The notes below the pieces were generated by a model, which did not search any database, was not told the DNA's origin, and worked only from the letters and a program-made list of their open reading frames with translations. Both the position numbers and the translations under genes were made by a program. DNA of 37,677 nucleotides from Candidatus Phoenicimicrobium oleiphilum. GTDB lineage: Bacteria > Atribacterota > Phoenicimicrobiia > Phoenicimicrobiales > Phoenicimicrobiaceae. The DNA is taken from the NCBI GenBank assembly GCA_039638295.1, contig JBDIWJ010000013.1, positions 1 to 37,677 on the forward strand, in the 5' to 3' direction. This document shows, piece by piece, positions 29,201 to 37,448 of the stretch; the stretch's first letter is position 1, and the number at the start of each line of letters is the position of its first letter.

Positions 29201-29809
29201 ATCTAATTGATTTTTTATTTCAGAAATTATACTAAAAATTCTATTCAAATTAATATCTATTTCCCCGATATTCTTTAAAGCCTTCTGTTTTTCATATTTA
29301 TATTTGGCAATAGAAGCTGCCTCTTCAAATAAATAACGACGGTCAGATGGCTTTGCGCTTAAAATTAGATCTATTTCTCCTTGAGCAATTATAGAATAAG
29401 TATTTTTACCTAAACCTGTATTCATAAATAATTCTTGTATATCTCTCAATTTACAAGGAATACCATTTATAAAATTCTCAGTTTCCCCAGAACGATATAT
29501 TCTTCTTTTAATACTTATCTCTTCCCAGTCAAGAGGTAATATTTTATCAGAATTATTTAAAACAATTGAAACCTCTGCCATATTTAATGGTCTTTCAAGA
29601 TGATTTCCAGAAAAAATAATATCGGTTAATTGAGTTCCTCTTATAGACCTGATATTTTGCTCTCCTAATACCCATCTAACTGCATCAATAATGTTACTTT
29701 TTCCACATCCATTTGGACCAACTATGGCAGTTATACCAGGATTAAATGATATTTTTATTTTTTTGGCAAAAGACTTAAATCCATAAATTTCAAGTTCTTT
29801 GAGAAACAT
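26246..29809 (-). CDS. smc: Chromosome segregation protein SMC (divergent)
   Basis: GFKSFA, Walker A VGPNGCGKSN, IIAQGEI, coiled coils with a central hinge, LSSGE, Walker B FFDEIDTALD, ITH; rnc-smc-ftsY context. Confidence 0.96.
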   Translation of the reverse strand: MFLKELEIYGFKSFAKKIKISFNPGITAIVGPNGCGKSNIIDAVRWVLGEQNIRSIRGTQLTDIIFSGNHLERPLNMAEVSIVLNNSDKILPLDWEEISIKRRIYRSGETENFINGIPCKLRDIQELFMNTGLGKNTYSIIAQGEIDLILSAKPSDRRYLFEEAASIAKYKYEKQKALKNIGEIDINLNRIFSIISEIKNQLDFFEEEAKNLKKYKSYQQEIKDLELYLIYQKYYLYKTNLLKIKEKIERLKENREEIFTSIEKQETKINTLKEELTNLNREKEKYIYENYELDNKKNAIQNEFNLICQKKNDLEKRLISLKEDSENLSRKISLLNENKKELYSDISKINKKLDELNKKLNNLKIEFNKGIRFINSISSAQNNFKKISKSFYEKELFLREREIKYNTTINILNSNLDKIRKNKIILEEKIKFMNEKENEYRKALKEDKKRMEKNNIKKIEERIKEVEGILNKLRLSLEKDKQNINIKEEKKDILVKSIKNNLYMEEEKEKLFISKYYQKHPDGICTKLIRLIDYIPPEYEKIIEISLKESLNSFVVDDIHSTLDVIYSLFKNEIDEIKIIPFELIRNTKIIPSENNVKINGEGICGFASQLITCKEEYKKLFKVLLGNILIVENTQAALNLYEKCLGIYKIVSLNGLVIDLNGTINLGISSKDKDENVFYIEREINKLDKEIEKLKIKIRDDEFSLNKYNNIYCSLIEENKKLKDILQKSERDTKENLDNLNRTSISLNELKNTLNNLAQEEENIIKEKKSISKKQCIFNKINNNIYKYNTNINNNIKIIDNIINQKNIIISSIKNNINSIDNYILINKQKEINLKDKDENISFYLNEYFSDLNTKKNIIKEYEKDINKLKKTAEEYKAQLEELNRRDYSFIKSKDELERVIQEKSNLLENIIKDKDEKLLLFEQNKDEQHKEEIIEVQYQEKQKNIENLVIENYKILPEDLKLYKNKSSSQREANQKIEILRNDIIKMGEINFEAETRYQNQLIRYNILWEKYNEISRAKKILDKINREIDQIATKRFIETFNQVKVHFKEIFKKLFNGGEADLYLNLEEDTLKSGIDIIARPPGKETRSIELLSSGERAITAIALLLALWKVNPSPFCFFDEIDTALDEINTERFSSLLKGEELGKSQLVIITHQKTTMEAADTLYGITMEDSGISKLVSVKFSK

Positions 29810-29816
29810 CTTTACC

Positions 29817-30527
29817 TCATTTTAATATTTTTAATTTTTTTAGAGCATTGTGGGCAGCATCTTGTTCTGCTTCTTTTTTGTTATCACCAAAGCCTGTACC
29901 ATATGAGACTTCATTTAATTTTACTTCAACACAAAAAATCTTTTTGTGGTCAGGCCCTTTTTCTTTAATTAAGTTATACTCAGGTAAACATTTCATCTTT
30001 TTCTGAGAGATTTCCTGCAATAAGGTTTTGTAATCTTCCACGTAATTAGGTTGGGTAATCAGTTTTATTTCATCCTTTATAAATGGTATGATAATTTTAC
30101 CAGTCTTTTTGAGACCAGCATCTAAGTATATTGCTCCCAATAGAGCCTCAAAACAATCTGAAAGAATGGACAATTTACTTCTTCCTCCAGTTAAATCTTC
30201 CCCTTTTCCTAAAATAATAAATTTTCCCAAAGAAATCTGATTTGCCCATTTTGCAAGCGTACTTTTACTTACTATAATCGATTTAATTTTGGTCAATTCA
30301 CCCTCTGAAAAAGAAATTAATTTGTAATATATATATTCGCTTACAATTAACTCCAGTACAGAATCTCCCAAAAATTCCAATCTTTGGAAATTGTCTACTC
30401 CATTTTTTTTACTTCTATTATTATAAGAAGAATGAGTTATGGCTTCCTTTAGGAGCTCTATTCTTTTAAAATTATAATTTAATTTGCTTTCTAAATTTTT
30501 TAAATCATATTCTTCTTTTTTTTTCAA
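29817..30527 (-). CDS. rnc: Ribonuclease III
   Basis: QRLEFLGDSVL, SDCFEALLGAIYLD, dsRBD DYKTLLQE..GPDHKK..KKEAEQDAA. Confidence 0.98.
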   Translation of the reverse strand: MKKKEEYDLKNLESKLNYNFKRIELLKEAITHSSYNNRSKKNGVDNFQRLEFLGDSVLELIVSEYIYYKLISFSEGELTKIKSIIVSKSTLAKWANQISLGKFIILGKGEDLTGGRSKLSILSDCFEALLGAIYLDAGLKKTGKIIIPFIKDEIKLITQPNYVEDYKTLLQEISQKKMKCLPEYNLIKEKGPDHKKIFCVEVKLNEVSYGTGFGDNKKEAEQDAAHNALKKLKILK

Positions 30528-30545
30528 TTTATTATACTACCTTAT

Positions 30546-30730
30546 AAGATTGTCAGGGGAATGAACTCCTCTGAAACCCCTCTATTACCCCTTTTACTTC
30601 AATTCAACTTTATATAAAACTTTTCCTGACAATCTTGTTAGAATATATCGTTTTTTAAACTTGTGCCTATAAAAACTGGTAAAATTATCCTTGTAAGAGC
30701 ATCGGGGAATTTTTGAAATTCCGATGCTCT
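30546..30730. repeat. Family A copy 6 (complete; perfect 12 bp IR)
   Basis: AAGATTGTCAGG (30546-30557) / CCTGACAATCTT (30625-30636); AGAGCATCGGGGAATTTTTGAAATTCCGATGCTCT (30696-30730). Confidence 0.92.
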
Positions 30731-30731
30731 A

Positions 30732-30786
30732 AATTAGTTGTTAGTATATAGATATGGTGTATAGCGTTTAGCGTATAGTTATAGCG
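30732..30786. repeat. AATTAGTTGTTAGT cap plus TATAGCG-type heptamers
   Basis: AATTAGTTGTTAGT...TATAGCG TTTAGCG TATAG; resembles the reverse complement of 9065-9117. Confidence 0.75.
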
Positions 30787-30809
30787 AAAAACGAAATGCG
30801 AAAAAACGC

Positions 30810-30913
30810 AAAACCATAGCTCAAAATTTAAAATTTAAATATGCATTATTATATTGAATTTCGTTCATCTTATTTCACATAATATAAAGTTTTTAATTTT
30901 GAATTATGGTTTT
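30810..30913. repeat. Long imperfect AT-rich hairpin
   Basis: AAAACCATAGCTCAAAATTTAAAATTT (30810-30836) against AAAGTTTTTAATTTTGAATTATGGTTTT (30886-30913). Confidence 0.7.
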
Positions 30914-30928
30914 TTGTTTAATGTATAA

Positions 30929-32179
30929 TTATAACATATTTTCATCGTATTTGCCCAAAACAAGTACCCCATTATGCCCACCAAAACCGAATGAATTTGA
31001 TAAAGCATATTTCACCAATTTTCTTTCAGCTTTATTAGGTACATAATCAAGATCACAATCAGGGTCAGGATAATTATAGTTTATGGTAGGAGGTATGAGG
31101 TCTTCTTTTATAGTAAGGGCAGTAGCAATAGCCTCTACTCCTCCACTTGCGCCTAATAAATGACCAGTCATTGACTTATTAGAACTAACTTTTAAATTAT
31201 AAGCATGCTCACCAAATGTTTTTTTGATTGATAAAGTTTCTAATTTATCATTTAACGGGGTAGAAGTACCATGGGCATTAATATAATCAACTTGTGTAGG
31301 TTTGATTTTAGCATCCTCTAAAGCCATCTTCATAGCCTGAGAGGCTCCTTCGCCATCAGGGGAAGGAGCAGTAATATGGTAGGCATCAGCAGTCATCCCG
31401 AAACCTAATATCTCGGCATATATATTCGCCTTCCTTTTTTTTGCATGTTCTAAAGTCTCTAAAATTAAAATTCCTGCACCTTCTCCCATAACAAATCCAT
31501 CTCGTTTTTTATCAAATGGTCGGGAAGCACATCTTGGGTTATTATTTTGAGTCGACAGGGCTCTCATACTGCAAAATCCAGCCAATGCCATAGGGCTGAT
31601 AGCAGCTTCTGTACCACCACTAATAATTATCTGAGCATCTCCCTGCTGCAAAAGTTTGAATGCCATACCAATAGCATGGGTAGATGATGCACAGGCAGTA
31701 GTAATTATTCCGTTAGGGCCCTTCGCTCCTATTTTAATAGCTATTTCACCGGCAGAGATATTGGAGATCATCATTGGTACAAAAAATGGACTTACTCTTC
31801 TTGGCCCCTTTTCCATTAATATTTTATGTTGTTTTTCAAAAGTACTTATTCCACCTATGCCTGATCCGATAATAACACCTACTAAATAAGGGTCCTCTTC
31901 AGCAATAATTAGTTTAGAATCTTCCAGCGCTAACATAGTAGCAACTACTGAAAATTGAGTATTTTTATCCATTCTGTTTGCCTCTTTAGGAGAGAGATAA
32001 GTCGTAAAGTCAAAATCTTTAACCTCTGCTGCTATTTTAGTAGGATATTCTGTTGTATCAAAATAGCTAATTTTATCGATGCCACAACTTCCTTTAATTA
32101 ATGATTCCCAAAATTTTTCCTTACCAATACCTATCGGAGTAACCATACCTAAACCGGTAATTACCACTCTATTAATCAT
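30929..32179 (-). CDS. fabF: Beta-ketoacyl-ACP synthase II
   Basis: RVVITGLG, TACASS, DAYHITAP, INAHGTSTP, KSMTGHLLGA, SNSFGFGGHN. Confidence 0.98.
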   Translation of the reverse strand: MINRVVITGLGMVTPIGIGKEKFWESLIKGSCGIDKISYFDTTEYPTKIAAEVKDFDFTTYLSPKEANRMDKNTQFSVVATMLALEDSKLIIAEEDPYLVGVIIGSGIGGISTFEKQHKILMEKGPRRVSPFFVPMMISNISAGEIAIKIGAKGPNGIITTACASSTHAIGMAFKLLQQGDAQIIISGGTEAAISPMALAGFCSMRALSTQNNNPRCASRPFDKKRDGFVMGEGAGILILETLEHAKKRKANIYAEILGFGMTADAYHITAPSPDGEGASQAMKMALEDAKIKPTQVDYINAHGTSTPLNDKLETLSIKKTFGEHAYNLKVSSNKSMTGHLLGASGGVEAIATALTIKEDLIPPTINYNYPDPDCDLDYVPNKAERKLVKYALSNSFGFGGHNGVLVLGKYDENML

Positions 32180-32228
32180 TGTTTGAGCACCTTCCTACTC
32201 GAATAATTTTTAAAAAATATTTTATTTT

Positions 32229-32262
32229 AAGATAAGGGTCGGATTATTCCGACCCTTATCTT
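32229..32262 (-). terminator. Probable intrinsic terminator or stabilising hairpin between acpP and fabF
   Basis: Perfect 15 bp stem AAGATAAGGGTCGGA-TTAT-TCCGACCCTTATCTT; the U-tract on the minus strand is weak. Confidence 0.65.
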
Positions 32263-32309
32263 TTAGTATTTATTTTATTGAAATATAAATATAAACAAAC
32301 TTAAACAAA

Positions 32310-32420
32310 ATGATTATTCCCCAAAAAGCTAAAAAAAATATTTTATATAGTCTCCCCCCCTGGCCACAATGCATCGTGCCCCTAAATTCCCATATTGTTT
32401 GCTTTTTGGGTAATAATCAT
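32310..32420. repeat. Family C full copy: 111 bp element with 20 bp inverted ends and internal REP-like palindrome
   Basis: ATGATTATTCCCCAAAAAGC / GCTTTTTGGGTAATAATCAT pair at 19/20; internal GGCCACAATGCATCGTGCCCCTA. Confidence 0.85.
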
Positions 32421-32439
32421 AAAATCTATATTTATATTT

Positions 32440-32664
32440 TTATTTTTTTAAATATTTAACTGCATCTCCAACGGTCTTTATTTTTTCCGCATCCTCATCT
32501 GGAATTTCAACGTCAAATTCTTCTTCGAAAGCCATTATTAATTCAACAATATCTAAGGAATCTGCTCCCAGATCATCAACGAAAGAAGAATCTTCTGAAA
32601 TTTTACTTGCATCAACTCCTAATTGATCTACGATAATCTTTTTTACTCTATCTATAACTTCCAT
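32440..32664 (-). CDS. acpP: Acyl carrier protein
   Basis: [23 protein letters not shown] behind GGAGGTGA. Confidence 0.98.
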   Translation of the reverse strand: MEVIDRVKKIIVDQLGVDASKISEDSSFVDDLGADSLDIVELIMAFEEEFDVEIPDEDAEKIKTVGDAVKYLKK

Positions 32665-32682
32665 TTTTACTATCACCTCCTC

Positions 32683-33429
32683 TCACATTACCATACCACC
32701 ATCTACTTTTATAACTTGCCCGGTAATATAACTTGATGCCTCAGAAACTAAAAAATATACCACCTGGGCGATATCATCAACAGTCCCTAATCTCTTTAAG
32801 GGAATTTGTTGTTGTAAATTCTGCCTGATTTTCTCAGGTAATTTTTTAGTCATATCTGTTTCAATAAAGCCAGGGGCAACAGCATTTACATTAATATTTC
32901 TTGGAGCAAGTTCTTTAGCCATTGATTTAGTTAGTCCAATTATTCCTGCTTTTGAAGCAGCGTAATTAGATTGTCCTATATTACCGATTAATCCAATGAC
33001 AGATGAGATATTAACTATTTTACCACCAGTTTTTTGTCTCATCATATATTTAGCAACCGCCCTGGAGCAATTAAAGGTCCCTTTTAGGTTAACATTAATT
33101 ACTGCATCCCAATCCTCTTCTTTCATTCTTATTAGTAGAGTATCTCGAATAATACCAGCATTATTTACTAAAATATCTATCTTCCCAAATTTATTAATAA
33201 TCTCTTTTGTCATATTCTCAACTTCATCAAGTTTTGTTATATCTGCTCTTATTCCAATAGCCTTATTAGCACTTTTTTTTATCTCTTGCAAGGTTTGATT
33301 AATTTCATTTTCTGATACAATATCATTAATAATAATATTGGCTCCCTGATTATACAATTTCAAGGCAATAGCTTTTCCTATTCCCCGTGCTGCACCAGTG
33401 ATTAAGGCAGCTTTGTCATATAGCTCCAT
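32683..33429 (-). CDS. fabG: 3-oxoacyl-ACP reductase
   Basis: TGAARGIG, NNAGIIRD, YAASK, VAPGFIETDMT. Confidence 0.97.
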   Translation of the reverse strand: MELYDKAALITGAARGIGKAIALKLYNQGANIIINDIVSENEINQTLQEIKKSANKAIGIRADITKLDEVENMTKEIINKFGKIDILVNNAGIIRDTLLIRMKEEDWDAVINVNLKGTFNCSRAVAKYMMRQKTGGKIVNISSVIGLIGNIGQSNYAASKAGIIGLTKSMAKELAPRNINVNAVAPGFIETDMTKKLPEKIRQNLQQQIPLKRLGTVDDIAQVVYFLVSEASSYITGQVIKVDGGMVM

Positions 33430-33433
33430 TTTA

Positions 33434-34381
33434 TTAGACCTCCTTAATTTTTTCAACTACTTCTTCTAAAGAAACTGAATCGAATACATTAAATATTATA
33501 GCCTGGGGAAGAATCTGTTTGATCAATCCCCTTAAAACCTTACCGGGGCCTAATTCAATAAAATAATTAACCCCCTCTAAATTCATCTTCTTAATTATGT
33601 CAACCCATTTTACTGGATGAGTCATCTGTTCAATTAAGGCTAACCTAACTTCTTCTCTATTTCTAACATAATCAGCATTTACATTGCAAATTAGCGGTAT
33701 TTGTGGATCTTCAATGTTTATACTTTCTAAATAATTTGCCAAACAGTCTTTAGCCGATTTCATTAATGATGAATGAAAAGGAGCAGTAACTTTAAGGGGT
33801 ATCGCCTTTATCGCTCCTCTTACCTTTACTATCTCCATTAATCTCTCTAGAGGTTTAATTTCGCCCGAAACCACTATTTGGGTAGGAGAATTATAATTGG
33901 CAATTTCTACTATTCCTAAATCGGTTACCTCCTGGCATAATTTAATTACTTCATCTTCTTCTAAACCAATAATTGCCAACATCGAACCAGTTCCAATTGG
34001 AGTAGCATTTAACATATATTCTCCTCTTTTTCTTACTAATTTTACTGCATCTTCAAATTTTATAGAGGAACTGGCTACCAATGCAGAATATTCACCTAAA
34101 CTATGTCCTGCTACTATAGCAGGTTTAATATTGTATTTTTGTATCAGTTTAAATAAAATTATACTAATAGTTAAAATCGCAGGTTGAGCATTTGTAGTAT
34201 TTTTTAATTCTTCTTCCGGCCCTTGAAAGCATAATTTACTAATATTAATTCCATCTTCCTTTAAAGCACTGTTAGCCTTTTCAAATAAAATTTTTGCTTC
34301 AGAATATTTTTCTATCAAATCTTTTCCCATTCCAACTTTCTGAGAACCTTGGCCTGGGAAAACAAAGGCAATTTTCTCCAT
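33434..34381 (-). CDS. fabD: Malonyl-CoA:ACP transacylase
   Basis: FPGQGSQ, GHSLGEY, APFHS, ELGPGKVL. Confidence 0.98.
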   Translation of the reverse strand: MEKIAFVFPGQGSQKVGMGKDLIEKYSEAKILFEKANSALKEDGINISKLCFQGPEEELKNTTNAQPAILTISIILFKLIQKYNIKPAIVAGHSLGEYSALVASSSIKFEDAVKLVRKRGEYMLNATPIGTGSMLAIIGLEEDEVIKLCQEVTDLGIVEIANYNSPTQIVVSGEIKPLERLMEIVKVRGAIKAIPLKVTAPFHSSLMKSAKDCLANYLESINIEDPQIPLICNVNADYVRNREEVRLALIEQMTHPVKWVDIIKKMNLEGVNYFIELGPGKVLRGLIKQILPQAIIFNVFDSVSLEEVVEKIKEV

Positions 34382-34416
34382 TCTCTACCCCTTTAATATA
34401 TAATTATTGAAAATAT

Positions 34417-35409
34417 TTATTTATTCCATCGAAAAACAATAGAGCCACAGGTAAGACCAGCACCAAATGCAGTTAAGACTACAATGTCACCATTTTTAAT
34501 TTTGCCTTCTTTTATTGCTTCATTAAGAGCAATAGCTACAGAGGCAGCAGAAGTATTTCCATATTTATCTAAATTTACAAAAAACTTATCCTTTCTTAAT
34601 CCTAAAACTTTTGCTACTGCTGAAATAATCCTAATATTAGCTTGATGTGGTATTAGACAATCTACATCCTTTACTGTAAGATTACATTTTGTTAAAGCTT
34701 TTACAGTTGATCTCTTCATTTCTCTCACTGCGACTTTAAATACTTCATTTCCCTTCATTTTTATGTAATGTAATCTTTGTTCTACGGTTTCGTGAGAAGC
34801 AGGTATTTTTGAAGCCCCTGCAGGAAGTTTTATTAAATCAGCTCCTGTACCATCCCCTTTTAAAAAACCCGAAAGAATGCCTTCTACTTCATTAGCTTTA
34901 AGAATAACTGCCCCAGCTCCATCACCAAAAAGAACACAGGTATTTCTATCAGTCCAATCAATAAATTTTGAAAGTGTTTCCGCTCCAATAATTAAAGCAT
35001 TATTATAAAAACCAGAAGCTATAAATTGCCAAGCAGTAATCATACCATATACAAAACCTGTACATCCTGCCTGTAGATCAAAAGTTGCAGCATTTATGGC
35101 TTTAATTTTCTCTTGAACAAGACAAGCAGTACTCGGAAATATCATATCAGGCGAATTGGTAGCTACAATGATTAGATCAATTTCTTCAGGTTTAATATTC
35201 GCATCTTTTATTGCCTCTAAAGCTGCCCTATAAGATAGATCTGAGGTAGTTTCATTATCTTCAGCTATATGACGTTCAGAAATACCAGTACGCGTAATAA
35301 TCCACTCATTGTTTGTATCTACTATTTTTTCTAAATCATTATTGGTCAAAATTTTTCTGGGAATATAAGAACCTGTACCAATTATTTTGACGTTTTGCAT
35401 ATTTTCCAT
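34417..35409 (-). CDS. fabH: Beta-ketoacyl-ACP synthase III
   Basis: WIITRTGI, AGCTGF, LFGDGAGA, PHQANIRI, YGNTSAAS. Confidence 0.98.
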   Translation of the reverse strand: MENMQNVKIIGTGSYIPRKILTNNDLEKIVDTNNEWIITRTGISERHIAEDNETTSDLSYRAALEAIKDANIKPEEIDLIIVATNSPDMIFPSTACLVQEKIKAINAATFDLQAGCTGFVYGMITAWQFIASGFYNNALIIGAETLSKFIDWTDRNTCVLFGDGAGAVILKANEVEGILSGFLKGDGTGADLIKLPAGASKIPASHETVEQRLHYIKMKGNEVFKVAVREMKRSTVKALTKCNLTVKDVDCLIPHQANIRIISAVAKVLGLRKDKFFVNLDKYGNTSAASVAIALNEAIKEGKIKNGDIVVLTAFGAGLTCGSIVFRWNK

Positions 35410-35456
35410 CGTTTATCACATTCTCCTTTTAGATATTAATAATATAATCTTGAGGT

Positions 35457-36434
35457 CTAAATTTCTTCTAAATGTCTGAGGATATCAGAATCCACAAATT
35501 TAGAAGCATTAATTATGGCATTTTTGATAGCTTTTGATTTGGATCTACCATGACATATAAAACAAAGTCCATTTATACCCAACAAAAGAGATCCACCATA
35601 TTCGGTATAATCAGTTATTTTTATTAATTCCATAAAATTCTTTCTTAATTGATTCATCTCTTGGTTTTGGGGAAGCTGAGTAATAATTCTGTTATTGACT
35701 TCTGTCAAAAGAAGTTTAGCTAATCCCTCAGATGATTTCAATAATATATTTCCGGTAAATCCATCGCATACTACTACATCAGCTTTTCCTTTGAAAATAT
35801 CTTTACCTTCAATATTACCTATAAAATTAATATTGGAATTTTTTAATATTTTATAAGCATTTTGCACAAATTTGTTCCCCTTGCTTTCTTCTTCCCCTAT
35901 GTTTAATAAACCTATTTTAGGATCACTTATTTTGAAAATATACTTAGCGTATTTACTACCCATAAGAGCAAATTGAGCTAAATGCTCTGGTTTACAATCA
36001 ACATTTGCTCCTACATCCAATATTAACGCCTTTCCCTTTGCAGTTGGTAAGATAGCAGGAATAGCAGGACGTCGTAATTGGGAAACACATCCTAATATTA
36101 ATAAGGCAGCAGCCATAATTGCCCCGCTGTTCCCCGCAGAAATAAAAGCATCGGCCTTATTATTTTTTAATAAATTCATTCCCACCACAATAGAAGAATC
36201 TTTCTTAGTACGTAAAGCGTTTAAGGGGAATTCACCAGTTTCAATTAATTCTTTACAGTTAATGATTGATAAATTATTCTCTCTAAATTTATATTTTTTT
36301 AATTCTTCCTCAATCTTCTCTCTATTTCCTAACAAAATAATATCTAAATCTCTTTCTTCTAAGGCAAAAATTGCACCCTTTACAATTTCCTCAGGGGCAT
36401 AATCTCCGCCCATAGCATCAATAACTATTTTCAT
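35457..36434 (-). CDS. plsX: Phosphate acyltransferase
   Basis: IDAMGGDYAP, SAGNSGA, LDVGANVD, LLNIGEEESKG, DGFTGNILLK, CHGRS. Confidence 0.98.
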   Translation of the reverse strand: MKIVIDAMGGDYAPEEIVKGAIFALEERDLDIILLGNREKIEEELKKYKFRENNLSIINCKELIETGEFPLNALRTKKDSSIVVGMNLLKNNKADAFISAGNSGAIMAAALLILGCVSQLRRPAIPAILPTAKGKALILDVGANVDCKPEHLAQFALMGSKYAKYIFKISDPKIGLLNIGEEESKGNKFVQNAYKILKNSNINFIGNIEGKDIFKGKADVVVCDGFTGNILLKSSEGLAKLLLTEVNNRIITQLPQNQEMNQLRKNFMELIKITDYTEYGGSLLLGINGLCFICHGRSKSKAIKNAIINASKFVDSDILRHLEEI

Positions 36435-37022
36435 TTAAATCTCCTTCTTTCTTACATTATCATTAATTGAAATAATTATTAATTTTGCATTAAACACTTC
36501 ATCTTGATCAGCCTTTACATGAACTGATACTAAATATTTGTTACCCCTCTGGCGAGCAACTTTCGCTTTGGCTACTAAAGTTTGACCAGCGTATACAGGT
36601 TTTTTGTATCTTAGACGAGCACTTCCGGTTAAAGCAACTTCTGCATCAATAATTGAAATCGCTAATGAATCAGCTAAAGAAAATATATAATGACTTCTAA
36701 CTATTCCTGTTCTGCCAAAAGCCATACTTTTGTCAGTTTTCAAAATAGCAATACCATTTTTACCTAATTCCAGGTCAATTAATTCTCCGATTATCTCATC
36801 TTTTTGTAGAGACTTTACCTTATCTATGGAGGTGCTATTTTTGGCGACCTGAATTATACGCTTTCTCATTTCAGGAATCCCCATCTCGATTCGATCTAAT
36901 CGTATAGTCTGTACACTACAATTAAATAATTTTGCCAGCTTTTTATCTGAAGAGAATGGGTCCTTCAAAAAATATTCTTTTATCTTCTTTTGTCTTTCTA
37001 ATTTACTTAATTTTTCAGCCAT
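36435..37022 (-). CDS. fapR: Malonyl-CoA-sensing fatty acid biosynthesis repressor
   Basis: N-terminal HTH DPFSSDKKLA..SVQTIRLDR.EMGIPEMR plus a hotdog domain; first gene of the plsX-fab operon. Confidence 0.95.
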   Translation of the reverse strand: MAEKLSKLERQKKIKEYFLKDPFSSDKKLAKLFNCSVQTIRLDRIEMGIPEMRKRIIQVAKNSTSIDKVKSLQKDEIIGELIDLELGKNGIAILKTDKSMAFGRTGIVRSHYIFSLADSLAISIIDAEVALTGSARLRYKKPVYAGQTLVAKAKVARQRGNKYLVSVHVKADQDEVFNAKLIIISINDNVRKKEI

Positions 37023-37049
37023 CGTTTTTTATTAACCTAATTTAATTAT

Positions 37050-37079
37050 TTAATAGCATATATTAATAGCAAGTATTAA
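37050..37079. promoter_or_regulatory. Two overlapping FapR-like operators
   Basis: TTAATA-GCATA-TATTAA (37050-37066) and TTAATA-GCAAG-TATTAA (37063-37079), with the same 6-5-6 geometry as the Bacillus FapR box TTAGTA-N5-TACTAA. Confidence 0.7.
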
Positions 37080-37084
37080 TTGTA

Positions 37085-37113
37085 AGTATACATTATAAAA
37101 GCTTAAAAATCAA
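37085..37113 (-). promoter_or_regulatory. sigma70-type promoter of the fapR-plsX-fab operon
   Basis: Minus strand TTGATT (37113-37108), 17 nt spacer, TATACT (37090-37085). Confidence 0.65.
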
Positions 37114-37133
37114 GAGGTATTTACATCTTTAGT

Positions 37134-37187
37134 AAAAAATAAAAGTGTCGCCTTTTAATAAATTAAAGGCGACACTTTTATTTTTTT
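37134..37187 (-). terminator. Intrinsic terminator after rpmF (potentially bidirectional)
   Basis: AAAAAATAAAAGTGTCGCCTTT-loop-AAAGGCGACACTTTTATTTTTT with A/T tracts on both sides. Confidence 0.85.
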
Positions 37188-37210
37188 GATAATATGGATA
37201 ATGTAAATTT

Positions 37211-37414
37211 CTATAATTTATTATTTTTTTCTTTTTCTGAAGAAGTTACAAGAACCTTTTTTCCGTTATAATAACCACATTCCGGACAGGCCCTATGGGG
37301 TAACTTCATCTCATGGCACCTTGGGCACTCAACTAAATTTTGTTCATTTAAATTCCAATGAGTACGTCTTTTATTTTTTCTTGATTTTGATGTTTTTCTC
37401 TTTGGGCAGGGCAC
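37211..37414 (-). CDS. rpmF: 50S ribosomal protein L32 (zinc-ribbon type)
   Basis: GTG start behind [40 protein letters not shown]. Confidence 0.97.
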   Translation of the reverse strand: MPCPKRKTSKSRKNKRRTHWNLNEQNLVECPRCHEMKLPHRACPECGYYNGKKVLVTSSEKEKNNKL

Positions 37415-37448
37415 AATGGCAACCTCCTTTTGTGTTGATATAATCAAA

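Noticed and set aside
30370..30392. RNase III signature QRLEFLGD instead of ERLEFLGD
   Set aside because: The catalytic acidic residues (E..D in EFLGD and D..E in DCFE) are intact, and Q at this position occurs in active RNase III-family domains.
30872..30899. Possible dif site (minus strand TTATGTGAAAT resembles an XerD arm; a similar arm lies near 473-484)
   Set aside because: There is no plausible XerC arm at the right spacing, and such matches are expected in AT-rich DNA.
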